A program made the translations under genes and the position numbers. A stretch of 61,227 nt of DNA, filler included. It is 7 parts of 7 records of this genome, joined end to end, with 100 filler letters (N's around TTAATTAATTAA, not from the genome) between each part and the next. Parts side by side here need not be neighbours in the genome. Positions count along the whole stretch, not along the records: positions 21,796 to 36,830 come from SRR31147125_47883; positions 36,931 to 47,553 come from SRR31147125_47911; 5 more parts are not named here. One strand, given 5' to 3'. The stretch's first letter is position 1. Each line of letters opens with the position of its first letter. Shown here piece after piece: positions 32,709-44,000 of this stretch. A model generated the notes under the pieces. The model worked only from the letters and a program-made list of their open reading frames with translations, was not told where the DNA came from and made no database searches.

Positions 32709-32724
32709 AGCAACTCATATGCCA
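32709..32724 (-). promoter_or_regulatory. Putative sigma54 (-24/-12) promoter upstream of oppD
   Basis: Minus strand reads TGGCATATGAGTTGCT: GG-N10-GC spacing, one mismatch to TGGCAC-N5-TTGCW, ~170 bp before oppD. Confidence 0.65.
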
Positions 32725-33191
32725 ATGACCATAATCAGAATAAATAAATTCATATATTTCTGATAAATCTGAAATAACTACATTGACCAATTCATTTCAT
32801 ACGCATGAATAATATTCAACTTTTTTGTACAGAGAAATAAATATTTTCAGACAAAACGTGGGACACCATTTTCTAAAACCAGGCATAACGACCATTACCG
32901 TTGCGACACAATTTTTACAGCGTGAACGCAATTGTAAACTTGACCTTTAGTGAATACGTCTTTAGGACGGTTGGATTAAAAGAGGAATTTAAAGAAGAAT
33001 TACAAATCAGTTTATTTCAGCTTTCCAAAATTGAAATAGCACCAGAGTAAACTAGTATTTATTGATTTGCAAATTCGATGCAGAAACTTGAATTTGTTAC
33101 ACTACGCTGCCATCTCATATACGTGCGGATACCTTCCTCACCTCACCCATCCAATTACACAACAACCCGCTTTACCATAAATGATGCATGA

Positions 33192-33222
33192 AACAGTAAT
33201 TCCTGCAACAGGAATTACTGTT
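33192..33222. repeat. Perfect 14-bp inverted repeat (terminator or protein-binding site)
   Basis: AACAGTAATTCCTG-CAA-CAGGAATTACTGTT. Confidence 0.7.
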
Positions 33223-33501
33223 ACTCTGTCATCATTCATCAATGAAAAACATAACAGCTTTAATCTTGTCTTGCTAAAGGTTGAAATTTTCTTTTTAAAG
33301 AATAAAATGGCTATTGAAAAATTTCACTCCCCCTTATCATAGCCGTTGAGCATTTATTCTTGGAGCATAAAAATTTTCATCAACTAGATTATAAAACATT
33401 TCCTTTATTAAGTCAAGAAATAAAATCATTTTTTTTATTTTTTTATTGATGTTTTGACTAATATTATCAATGATTTACAACACCTGGCAATTTTATATTT
33501 A

Positions 33502-34818
33502 TTAATCTAAATCAAATTCATTTTGGATCATTTGTTCAATTGTCTGAAGTCTTCTAACAAGTTGCAGCCGGCCATCTTTTCTCAATAAAACTTCCGGAGC
33601 CTGAGAATAGGAATTATAATTGACCAGAGTCATTCCGGAACAATAGGCTCCTGTGCCACCGATAACCACATAATCCCCTGTTTCAGGATTGGCCATAACA
33701 CGTGGTACGATATTGCCCTGACTGTCCAAACTCTGAGAGTCGCCGCTCTCACAACATCGCCCAACAATGACGCGAAGATCTTTTTGCTCATCCAGATTGC
33801 TCAAATCGTTTTCCGTGGACAAAATGTCCCCATTTTGCGAAATAACATAAAATGGGTGCCTGGAGCCATAAAGCACAGGCCGTGAATTGGCTTCCATACC
33901 ACCATTTAAAATGATAAAATCAAATCCATCAGGACCAGTAGATTTTCTATCCACAACAGACGTTACCAGGTAACCTGCGTTTGCCATAATAAAGGTACCA
34001 GGTTCAATTTGCATGGCTAATTTCCTGTTCGTTCTCGAATAAAAGTCTTCAAACTTTTCTTTTGCATAGCGGCCCAGTTCCTGTAAATCCGCCACCGTTT
34101 CATCTGGCATGCGTGCCTCTTTGAATCCACCGCCCAGATTAACAGTTGTGACATCCGGAAAATAGTTTTCAACAAACTTGAGCTCTCTATCAATATTTTC
34201 CCGCCATTTTTCAGGATCACCACCGGAACCAATATGGACATGCAATTGATCAAAGATCACGCCTTTCGAGTGTGCCAGCACAAGGGCTTTATCGATGTCG
34301 CTCAAGTGAATCCCAAAACAGGAGTATTTATCACCGGTATTTCTGGTCACAGATTCTCCTGAACCCTCACCAGGATGTATTCTATAGGCAAGTGGAATAC
34401 TATTTTCCGCTGCAAAATCAGCAATCAATTCCAACTGCTGCAGTGAACACACCGTGTACTTTAATCCTGCTTTTATGGCCTCTTGCAAGTCAATCCTGTC
34501 CTGTCCCACGGGAATTTCCTGAGTGGTCAGTTGCATTTTATTATATGGGATGCCAGCTAAATGAGCTCTTTTACCTTCATTCAGGGAACTCAGATCCAGT
34601 TCAAATCCCTGGCTGGTTACAAGTTGCAGCAGAGCTTTATTGGCATTCGCCTTGATCGCATAACTCGGCACAAGACCAAACGCATTCGGCATTTCAAGAA
34701 CCTGGCGGCATTTATATAGAATGGTATCCTCGTCATAAAGATAAAGAGGTGTTCCATATTGTCTGGCTGCTTCAATAACTTTTTGCGGTGTCACATTTCC
34801 AATTTCTGATAATGTCAT
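33502..34818 (-). CDS. lysA: Diaminopimelate decarboxylase
   Basis: YGTPLYLYDE, PLP lysine YAIKAN, HVHIGS, NLGGG, EPG, GRCCESGD, GAYCSGM; downstream of dapL. Confidence 0.9.
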   Translation of the reverse strand: MTLSEIGNVTPQKVIEAARQYGTPLYLYDEDTILYKCRQVLEMPNAFGLVPSYAIKANANKALLQLVTSQGFELDLSSLNEGKRAHLAGIPYNKMQLTTQEIPVGQDRIDLQEAIKAGLKYTVCSLQQLELIADFAAENSIPLAYRIHPGEGSGESVTRNTGDKYSCFGIHLSDIDKALVLAHSKGVIFDQLHVHIGSGGDPEKWRENIDRELKFVENYFPDVTTVNLGGGFKEARMPDETVADLQELGRYAKEKFEDFYSRTNRKLAMQIEPGTFIMANAGYLVTSVVDRKSTGPDGFDFIILNGGMEANSRPVLYGSRHPFYVISQNGDILSTENDLSNLDEQKDLRVIVGRCCESGDSQSLDSQGNIVPRVMANPETGDYVVIGGTGAYCSGMTLVNYNSYSQAPEVLLRKDGRLQLVRRLQTIEQMIQNEFDLD

Positions 34819-34836
34819 CGTATTCCTTTTCAAATA

Positions 34837-36065
34837 TTAAAATCTCACATTTTCTTTGATACTGGCCACAGCTTGCTTTATATCCTCGCGATGACCAAAA
34901 GAGCTCAAGCGAAAATATCCCTCTCCACTCGGGCCAAAACCGGAACCAGGTGTTCCGACAACATGGGCTTCATTCAGCAATTTATCAAAAAAGTCCCAGG
35001 AGCTTGTGTTGTTGGGTGTTTTTAACCAAATATAGGGTGCGTTTTCACCACCAAAAACGGTCATGCCAAGCGCCTGCAGTTCATCCCTGATAATTCCGGC
35101 ATTTTTCATATAATAATCAACCAAACCCTGACATTCTTTTTTACCTTCCGGAGAAAGAGCGGCGATACCACCTTCCTGAACGATATTTGAAGCGCCATTA
35201 AAGAACGTACATTGTCTTCGATTCCAAAGAGAATTGACAACACCCGGTTCTGTATCTTCTACGACGAGTTCCATAGGAACCACAACCCAACCAAGACGTA
35301 CACCGGTAAATCCAGCTACTTTGGAAAAGCTGTTTATTTCAATAGCGCACTCTTTAGCTCCGTCTATTTCGAAAATGCTTTTTGGTAGAGTATCATCTTT
35401 TACAAAAGCAGAATAAGCGGCATCAAAAATAATAACAGATTTGTTTTCTCTGGCATAATCCACGAAAGCTTTCAACTGTTCTTTTGTGGCAACAGCACCG
35501 GTTGGATTATTGGGGCTGCATAAATAGATGAGATCCACACTATAATCCGGTACTGGAGAAAAAAATTATTCTCTTCCCGACAGGGCATATAAACGATACC
35601 TTCATAATGGCCTTTGCTTTTGTCATAAAATCCGCTTCGTCCGGCAATAACATTCGTATCCACGTAAACCGGATAAGAAGGATCCTGTACAGCAATAACA
35701 TTGTCGACGCCAAAGATACACTGAATATTTCCGGAATCCGGCTTGGCTCCGTCACTGACAAATATCTCGGCTGGTTCCAGGGAAACGCCCACATCTTTAT
35801 ATTGTTCAAGCAGGGCTTTTCGTAATCTTATATCTCCCTGCTCATCACCATATCCGGAATAGGTTTCCTGTACTGCCAATTTGTCCACGCCATGATGCAG
35901 ACCTTTAATAACCGCGGGTGTTAAAGGCTCTGTGGTATTACCAATGCCAAGTCTCATTATTCTGGCATTTGGATTTTGTTGCTGAAATATATTTGTTCGC
36001 CTGGCAATCTCGGGAAACAGATAACCAGCTGCTAATTTTTTGTAATTTTGATTTATAGTTGCCAT
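34837..36065 (-). CDS. dapL: LL-diaminopimelate aminotransferase (frameshift at A-run 35559-35565)
   Basis: [56 protein letters not shown]. Confidence 0.92.
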
Positions 36066-36208
36066 TATTCTTCCTCTTTTTTATCAGGACATGCAAATAA
36101 TGAAACGGATTCTATTTAGAATTTTTCTGTTAAATTAATTTCACTTAGATACCTGGCACATTATTTGGGAACATGAGTTTTCCATGTTCATGTGAGTACA
36201 GCAAAACC

Positions 36209-36829
36209 TTAAAAAGCCGGTGGCTTGTGTGTAAACAGATTATCTGAAATCATGCCTTCTGCAACACGTGTCACAGGGCCGGTCATGCAGACATCACATT
36301 CTTTGGATAAGGTGATATTAATAATCCCTCCGGGTGAATGGACATCTATTTTCTCATCACATAAACCCAGTTTGTACGCGACAGACGCTGCAGCACTGCT
36401 GCTGCTACCGGAAGCCAGGGTGTATCCGGCACCGCGTTCCCAGATTTCAATCTGAATGTTATTTCGATCCAGTACTTTTAAAAATTGAACATTTATTCTG
36501 TTAGGAAATCGTACGTCATTTTCAATATGTGGTCCGACTTTTCTGGCCAGCTCTTCTGAAATCTCGTCGCACAATACAACACAGTGCGGATTACCAATGG
36601 TTGCCGCACAAAATGTGAATTTTTTACCCTCAACATGAATGGATTCATTCAGAACCTCTCTCTCCGCACCACTGACCGGTATCTTGCTGCTGGTAAAACT
36701 TACCCGGCCCATTTCGACAGTCACGCTTTGGCCGCCCTCATGTACCTGGCATTCCACTTTTCCACCAGGGGTTTGAATGGTAAATGGATCCTGTTTCACC
36801 AGTCCCTGATCCCATAAATACTTTGAAAA
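36209..36829 (-). CDS. dapF: Diaminopimelate epimerase (5' partial), Ser in place of the second catalytic Cys
   Basis: IGNPHCV, FPNRINVQF, WERGAGYTLASGSSSSAA; upstream of dapL-lysA. Confidence 0.88.
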   Translation of the reverse strand, partial: FSKYLWDQGLVKQDPFTIQTPGGKVECQVHEGGQSVTVEMGRVSFTSSKIPVSGAEREVLNESIHVEGKKFTFCAATIGNPHCVVLCDEISEELARKVGPHIENDVRFPNRINVQFLKVLDRNNIQIEIWERGAGYTLASGSSSSAAASVAYKLGLCDEKIDVHSPGGIINITLSKECDVCMTGPVTRVAEGMISDNLFTHKPPAF

Positions 36830-36830
36830 A

Positions 36831-36930
36831 NNNNNNNNNNNNNNNNNNNNNNNNNNNNNNNNNNNNNNNNNNNNTTAATTAATTAANNNNNNNNNNNNNN
36901 NNNNNNNNNNNNNNNNNNNNNNNNNNNNNN
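36831..36930. other. Artificial contig spacer
   Basis: Same 100-bp linker. Confidence 0.98.
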
Positions 36931-37716
36931 GGGAAATCTGTTGTTACACTTTTTTATGAAAACAGCACAAGAACAAAGATGTCGTTTGACTTAGCAGGTA
37001 AGTACTTGGGAGCTTCAATGAGTGCAATTGCTGCTAGCTCTTCTAGCATCCAAAAAGGCGAAACGCTTTTTGATACTGGAAAAACATTAGAAGCTATGGG
37101 AATTGATATAATAATTATTCGCCATCCAATGTCAGGCGCTCCACATTTTCTTGCAGATCATGTTGATGCTGGTGTCATTAATGCTGGAGACGGAATGCAC
37201 GAGCATCCTACTCAAGCGCTTTTAGATATGTACACCATGCAAGAAAAATTCGGAAAACTGGAAGGGCTTAATGTTGCTATAGTTGGGGATATATATCATA
37301 GCAGAGTTGCTAGAAGTAACATATACGGGCTTAAGGCTATGGGTGCAAACGTTACGCTTTGTGCACCAGAATCTTTGATGCCGATAGAGATTAAAAAAAC
37401 AGGAGCGAAAGCTACAAATGATATAAAAGAAGCTGTAAGTGGTGCTGATGTCGTTATGGGGCTAAGGCTACAAAAAGAGAGACAAAACAGCGGTCTTTTA
37501 CCATCGCTTAGCGAATATAATAAATACTTTGGTGTAAGTGATGAAATTATGAGGTGCGCTAAAAAAGATGCGTTAATAATGCACCCAGGGCCTGTAAACC
37601 GTGGCGTTGAAATGAACAGCAGTATTATTGATCATGAAAAATCTGTAATAAACGAACAGGTAACTAATGGCGTAGCTGTTAGAATGGCTTTACTATATCT
37701 TATGACAAGGAGCTAA
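36931..37716 (+). CDS. pyrB: Aspartate carbamoyltransferase catalytic subunit (5' partial)
   Basis: FYENSTRT, NAGDGMHEHPTQ, LRLQKER, MHPGPVNRG. Confidence 0.96.
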   Translation, partial: GKSVVTLFYENSTRTKMSFDLAGKYLGASMSAIAASSSSIQKGETLFDTGKTLEAMGIDIIIIRHPMSGAPHFLADHVDAGVINAGDGMHEHPTQALLDMYTMQEKFGKLEGLNVAIVGDIYHSRVARSNIYGLKAMGANVTLCAPESLMPIEIKKTGAKATNDIKEAVSGADVVMGLRLQKERQNSGLLPSLSEYNKYFGVSDEIMRCAKKDALIMHPGPVNRGVEMNSSIIDHEKSVINEQVTNGVAVRMALLYLMTRS

Positions 37717-37719
37717 AAT

Positions 37720-38982
37720 ATGTTGTTGATTAAAAACGGAAAAATTGTTTTTCTAGAAAAATGCGAATATAAAGATATTCTGATTGATGACGGAAAAATT
37801 GTTAAAATTGAAGAAAATATTGAGCAAAAGGATGCTGAAATAATTGATGCTAAGGGTTTAACTGTTATACCTGGTATGATTGATATGCATTGTCATCTGC
37901 GCGACCCAGGATACGAATATAAAGAAGATATTGAATCTGGTCTAAAGTCTGCTGTTAAAGGTGGGTTTGTAGGTGTTGCTTGCATGCCAAATACTGACCC
38001 AGTTATTGATAATCCATCTGTTATTGAATATATAAAATCTAAAGCGAAATCTGTTGATCTTGCTAAGGTTTATCCTGTTGGAGCAATTTCTAAGGGGCTA
38101 GAAGGTAAACAGCTTGCTGAGATGGGAAATATGATCGAAGCTGGTGCAGTTGCTTTTTCTGATGACGGTAAGCCAGTATCTGACGGAAGACTTATGAAAA
38201 ATGCATTTAAATATGCAAAATCGTTTGATGCATTGCTTACTTTACACTGTGAAGATTTAGGGATAAAAGATGATGGTGTTATGAATGAAGGATACTATTC
38301 ATCAGTATTAGGATTACGTGGAAACAGCAGAGCTTCAGAGGAATCTATGACGGCTAGAGATATACTCTTAGCAGAAGCTTTAGACTGTAAAGTGCATATT
38401 GCACATGTTTCTACAAGAGGAGCTTTTGATATAATACGCAAAGCAAAAGAACGTGGCGTTAAGGTTACATGCGAAACAATGCCACATTACTTTAGTGCAG
38501 ATGATTCTTGGCTTACTACCTACGACACTAACGCAAAGGTTGCTCCACCACTAAGAACAAAGGATGATGTAAAAGCTACAATTGAAGCTATTAAAGATGG
38601 TACAGTGGATGCGATTGCAACAGACCATGCTCCGCACCATGAGGACGAGAAAAAAGTAGAATTTGATATTGCGGCTTTTGGAATAAGTGGATTTGAAACT
38701 GCACTTTCACTAATTGTAACTAACTTACTTTCTAACGGCGTTAGCTTATCTAAAATAGTTGAGCTTACATCGGTAAATCCTTCTAGATTATTGAATGTTG
38801 ATGGTGGTATAATTGAAAAAGGTAAAAAAGCAAATTTGACAATATTTAGTGAAGACAAAGAATATGTTTTAAAGAAGGAAAGCATAGTTTCTAAAGGTAA
38901 GAATACTCCGTTTATTGGCAAAAAGCTTAAAGGACAAGTTTGTTATACTATAGTTGACGGAAAAGTAAAGTATGAGGTGTAG
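37720..38982 (+). CDS. pyrC: Dihydroorotase
   Basis: DMHCHLRDPG, MPNT, FSDDG, ATDHAPH. Confidence 0.95.
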   Translation: MLLIKNGKIVFLEKCEYKDILIDDGKIVKIEENIEQKDAEIIDAKGLTVIPGMIDMHCHLRDPGYEYKEDIESGLKSAVKGGFVGVACMPNTDPVIDNPSVIEYIKSKAKSVDLAKVYPVGAISKGLEGKQLAEMGNMIEAGAVAFSDDGKPVSDGRLMKNAFKYAKSFDALLTLHCEDLGIKDDGVMNEGYYSSVLGLRGNSRASEESMTARDILLAEALDCKVHIAHVSTRGAFDIIRKAKERGVKVTCETMPHYFSADDSWLTTYDTNAKVAPPLRTKDDVKATIEAIKDGTVDAIATDHAPHHEDEKKVEFDIAAFGISGFETALSLIVTNLLSNGVSLSKIVELTSVNPSRLLNVDGGIIEKGKKANLTIFSEDKEYVLKKESIVSKGKNTPFIGKKLKGQVCYTIVDGKVKYEV

Positions 38983-38984
38983 AT

Positions 38985-39916
38985 ATGATTTTTGATAAAT
39001 TAGCAAAAGAGATAAAAGAAAAAAAGTCACCGATATGTGTGGGTTTGGATACAAAATATGAATTTTTACCAGAAAAAATTAAATCGCCTTTGGTGTTTGA
39101 AGAAAAGCCTTTAAGGTTATAGCAAAGGATATTTTAGCTTTTAATAAAAAAATAATAGACAATATATGCGATGTTGTTCCTAGTGTGAAAATTCAAATTG
39201 CTTGTTACGAGATGTATGGGTATCATGGATTAAAAACATATAATAAAACAATTGAATACGCAAAAAAACGTGGGTTAGTTGTTATTTGTGATGCTAAAAG
39301 AAATGATATTGGCTCAACTGCTGCTGCTTACTCATCTGCATTTTTAGGCGGAGTGGATGTTGGTGGACAAAGACATATTGCATTTGATGCTGATATTTTA
39401 ACGGTAACGCCTTATCTTGGAAGTGATGGAATTAATCCTTTTTTGGAGGATATGAAAAATACAGGTAAAGGAATTTTTATCTTAGTTAAAACATCGAACC
39501 CGTCTAGTGGCGAATTTCAGGACAAGATATGTGAAGGTAAGGCCAACTACTTGCATGTAGCAGACAAGGTTACATCTTGGGGTGAGGATTTTATTGGAGA
39601 GAGTGGGTATTCTAGTGTTGGAGCTGTTGTTGGTGCTACATACAAACAACAAGCGCAGGACTTAAGAGAAAAGTATCCAAATATGTTCTTTTTAATCCCT
39701 GGTTACGGAGCACAAGGTGCTACTGGCGATGATATTGCGGTTTCGTTTGATGAAAACGGTGGCGGTGCAGTTGTAAATTCGTCAAGAGGAATACTTCTTG
39801 CTTATAAAAAAGAAAGCTATAAGGATTTATCCTTTGATAAAGCAGCCAGACAAGCTGCGATAGACATGAAAAAAGACATAAACGATGCACTTAACAGAAG
39901 AAACATATATTTATAA
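38985..39916 (+). CDS. pyrF: Orotidine-5'-phosphate decarboxylase, subfamily 2 (frameshift near 39105)
   Basis: MIFDKL...ICVGLD from ATG 38985 joins with one added A to the ORF carrying DAKRNDIGST, KTSNPSS, VVGAT, PGYGAQG, NSSRGI. Confidence 0.92.
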
Positions 39917-39931
39917 CGAATGGAGCTTTTT

Positions 39932-41011
39932 ATGGGTTACTTGACGCTTGAAGATGGTAAAGTATTTGAAGGAACTTTATTTGGGAAAAAAGAAGATACG
40001 ATTGGAGAAGTTGTATTTAATACGGGTATGACAGGGTATCAAGAGGTATTAACCGATCCTTCTTATTATGGGCAAATAGTTAATATGACGTATCCGCTTA
40101 TAGGAAATTATGGAGTTAATTCGCACGATGGTGAATCAGATTTTCCTAAAGTTAAGGGGTTTATTGTAAGAGAACTTTGTGATTATCCTTGTAACTTTAT
40201 GAGCGAACAAAAACTAGATGATTATTTACGTGAAAACAATATTAGTGGTATATGTGATATCGATACAAGGGCACTTACTCGTGTAGTTAGAGAAGAAGGG
40301 GTTATGCGTGGCATAATTACTGAAGAAAAACCGACTAAAGAGCAAATTGAGCAAATGAATCTATACGAATGTAGAAACCCTGTTTTAAATGTTACTTGTG
40401 AAAACGAATATGAATTTGGGGATAAAGAAAACTACAAATGCAAGGTTGCAGTTTTAGACTTTGGACTTAAGAAAAACATACTTAGAAGCCTTGCTGCTAG
40501 AGAATGCTTACTTACAGTTTTTCCAGCTGCTACTAGTGCGGATAAAATCTTATCTGGCGGGTTTGACGGAGTTATGCTAACTAATGGTCCTGGTGACCCT
40601 GCTGATAATATTGATATAGTAGAGAATGTAAAACAGCTAACAGGCAAGTTGCCTATTTTTGGAATATGCCTAGGGCATCAGCTTTTAGCACTTGCTCACG
40701 GAGCTAAATCGAAAAAACTAAAGTATGGGCATAGAGGAGCAAACCACCCAGTCAAGGATATTGAAAAAGATAGGGTTTATATTACGTCTCAAAACCATGG
40801 ATATACTATTAAAGAAGAAGGTTTAAGTGATGATATCATCATAACTCATAAAAATTGGAACGACGGCACTATAGAGGGTATAAAGTATAAAAACGAAGAT
40901 ACATTCAGCGTCCAGTTCCATCCAGAAGCAGCACCAGGTCCACATGAAACCGAGTATCTATTTGATAATTTTATTAATATGATGGAGGAGAGAATTAATG
41001 CCATTAAATAA
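39932..41011 (+). CDS. carA: Carbamoyl-phosphate synthase small subunit
   Basis: GEVVFNTGMTGYQE, NGPGDP, GICLGHQ, QFHPEA. Confidence 0.96.
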   Translation: MGYLTLEDGKVFEGTLFGKKEDTIGEVVFNTGMTGYQEVLTDPSYYGQIVNMTYPLIGNYGVNSHDGESDFPKVKGFIVRELCDYPCNFMSEQKLDDYLRENNISGICDIDTRALTRVVREEGVMRGIITEEKPTKEQIEQMNLYECRNPVLNVTCENEYEFGDKENYKCKVAVLDFGLKKNILRSLAARECLLTVFPAATSADKILSGGFDGVMLTNGPGDPADNIDIVENVKQLTGKLPIFGICLGHQLLALAHGAKSKKLKYGHRGANHPVKDIEKDRVYITSQNHGYTIKEEGLSDDIIITHKNWNDGTIEGIKYKNEDTFSVQFHPEAAPGPHETEYLFDNFINMMEERINAIK

Positions 41012-44000
41012 AAAAATAAAAAAAGTTTTGGTGATAGGGTCTGGTCCTATTGTTATTGGACAAGCAGCAGAGTTTGATTATGCAGGAACTCAAGCTTGTA
41101 CAGCGCTTAAAGAAGAGGGGATAGAAGTTATTCTTGTAAACTCTAACCCTGCAACAATTATGACGGATGAATCTATTGCTGATAAGGTATATATCGAACC
41201 TTTAACAAGTGAGGTTATTCTTTCTATCATAAAAAAAGAAAAACCAGACAGCTTGCTCGCTACTCTTGGTGGTCAAACTGGGCTTAACCTTGCGATTGAA
41301 CTATATGAAAAAGGAATATTACAGGACAATAACGTTGAAGTTTTAGGAACAACAATTGAATCTATAAAAATGGCTGAGGATAGAGAAGAGTTTAAAAATC
41401 TAATGCTAAGTACAGGTCAACCTGTAATGGAAAGTGTTATTGTCGAATGCGAGCAGCAGGCTTTAGATTTTGCGGCAAAAGAAGGCTATCCACTTATTAT
41501 AAGACCAGCCTATACTCTTGGTGGTACTGGTGGCGGTATTGCATATAATGAAGAAGAACTGAAGGAAATCATCAAATCTGGCTTAGCGGCAAGCCGTGTT
41601 AACCAATGTCTTTTAGAAATATGCATTGCTGGCTGGAAAGAGATTGAATATGAAGTAATGCGTGATGGTAAGGGCAATGTTATTACTGTTTGTAATATGG
41701 AAAACCTAGATCCAGTTGGAATACATACTGGCGATAGTATAGTTATTGCCCCATCTCAAACGTTAAGAGATCAAGAATATCAGATGTTAAGATCTGCATC
41801 TCTTAAAATTATTGAAGCATTAAAAATTGAAGGTGGCTGTAACGTTCAATTTGCACTGGATACACATAGCATGAACTATCATGTTATCGAAGTTAACCCG
41901 CGTGTATCAAGATCATCTGCACTAGCTTCTAAGGCTACAGGATATCCTATTGCTAAAATTGCGGCTAAAATTGCAATTGGATACGGATTGGATGAGATTG
42001 AAAATGGTGTTACTAAAAAAACATATGCGTGTTTTGAGCCTACTTTAGATTATGTAGTCATAAAATTCCCAAGATGGCCTTTCGATAAGTTTACAACTGC
42101 TGATAAAACTCTTGGAACGAGAATGAAAGCAACTGGCGAAGTTATGTCTATTGGCGCAAACTTTGAATCTGCTTACCTTAAGGCATTAAGGTCGTTAGAG
42201 CTTGGGCTTTATTCGCTTAATTACACAATTCCTGGAATGATATCTAAGGAAGAGGTTTTTGAACATATATCAAGGCAAGATGATGAGAGAATGATGTATG
42301 TTGCAAAAGCTATAAGAATGGGAATTACTTTAGAAGAAATACACGATTTAACAAAAATTGATTATTGGTTTTTGAAAAAGTTTGAAGGCATAATAAACTT
42401 AGAAGAAAAAATCAAAACACTAACATTTGAAACTTTAGATAAACAAACTTTGCGTAAGGCAAAAAGAATTGGATTTTCTGATTATGTGATATCACTTTGG
42501 CTTGATGTTGATGAGTTTGACATCCGACGCAAGCGTAAGGAAATGGATATTATACCTGCATATAAAATTGTTGATACATGTGCGGCTGAGTTTGATGCGG
42601 TTAGTCCATACTTTTACTCAACATATGAACAGGAAAATGAAGCTAAACCTTCTGAAAATAAGACTGTTGTAGTTTTAGGTTCTGGACCTATTAGAATAGG
42701 ACAAGGTATAGAGTTTGACTATTGTAGTGTTCACTGTGTTTGGTCACTAAAACAAGCAGGGTTTGATACGGTTATTGTTAATAACAACCCAGAAACTGTT
42801 TCTACTGACTTTGATACATCCGATAGATTATATTTTGAACCACTTACATGCGAAGATGTAGTTAATATATTAGATCAAGAAAAGCCATACGGTGTTGTAT
42901 GTCAGTTTGGTGGTGGGACAGCAATTAACATGGCAAAATACGTTAAAAAAGCTGGATATAAGATAATTGGGACATCACTTGACAATATCAACAGGGCAGA
43001 GGATAGAGAAGAGTTTTACTCTTTGATTCAAAATTTAAAGCTGAATTTACCAGAAGGGAAAACTGTATTTACTTCTGATGAGGCGGTTAAAGCTGCTAAT
43101 GACCTTGGGTATCCGGTTCTTGTTAGACCATCTTATGTATTAGGTGGTAAAGGCATGGAGATAGCTTATAAAGACAATAACATACGTGAGTATATGGATA
43201 TAATTTCGCGTGAACAACAAGAACACCCTATACTAGTTGATAAGTACTTAACTGGTGTTGAAATTGAAGTTGATGCTATATCTGATGGAGAAGATGTTTT
43301 GATACCAGGAATTATGGAACATGTTGAAAGAGCTGGTGTCCACTCTGGCGATAGTATATCTGTTTATCCTGCTAAAAACCTTATCACCAAAAAACAAGAG
43401 CAAGAAATTATAGAAATAACAAAATCAATTGCCAAAAGCGATGCGCTTAATGCAGTTGGAATAATAAATATACAGTTTGTAATATTTAATGAAAAAATAT
43501 ATATAATAGAGGTTAACCCAAGAAGCAGTAGAACTGTGCCTTACTTAAGCAAAGTTACAGGCATACCTATGATTGACTTAGCAGTTAGGTGTAGCCTTGG
43601 TGAAAAACTTTCTGATATGGGTTATGGCACGGGGCTCTTCCCGATGAGAGATATTTATGCCGTAAAAGTACCTGTTTTTTCACATGAAAAATTACCAGAT
43701 GTTGAAGTATCACTTGGACCTGAAATGAAGTCCACTGGTGAAGTATTGGGTGTTTCTAAAAATTATAACGAAGCTATGATAAAAGGTTTAGTAGCTTCGG
43801 GCGTTAATATTCCTAAAGCAGGTGATGGGAAAGTTCTTCTTACAATTGCTGATAATGATAAGCAAGAGGTATTACCTTTGGCAAGGAAATTAGAGGGTTT
43901 AGGTTTTGAACTTTATGCCACACCAGGAACAGCACATGTATTAAACTATAACTCTATTGGTACAAATTCTGTAAAAACATTAAAGCATAAAGATAGTAAA

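Noticed and set aside
36153-36170. TGGCAC-ATTAT-TTGG as a second sigma54 promoter
   Set aside because: The -12 element is GG rather than GC and it points antisense into dapF
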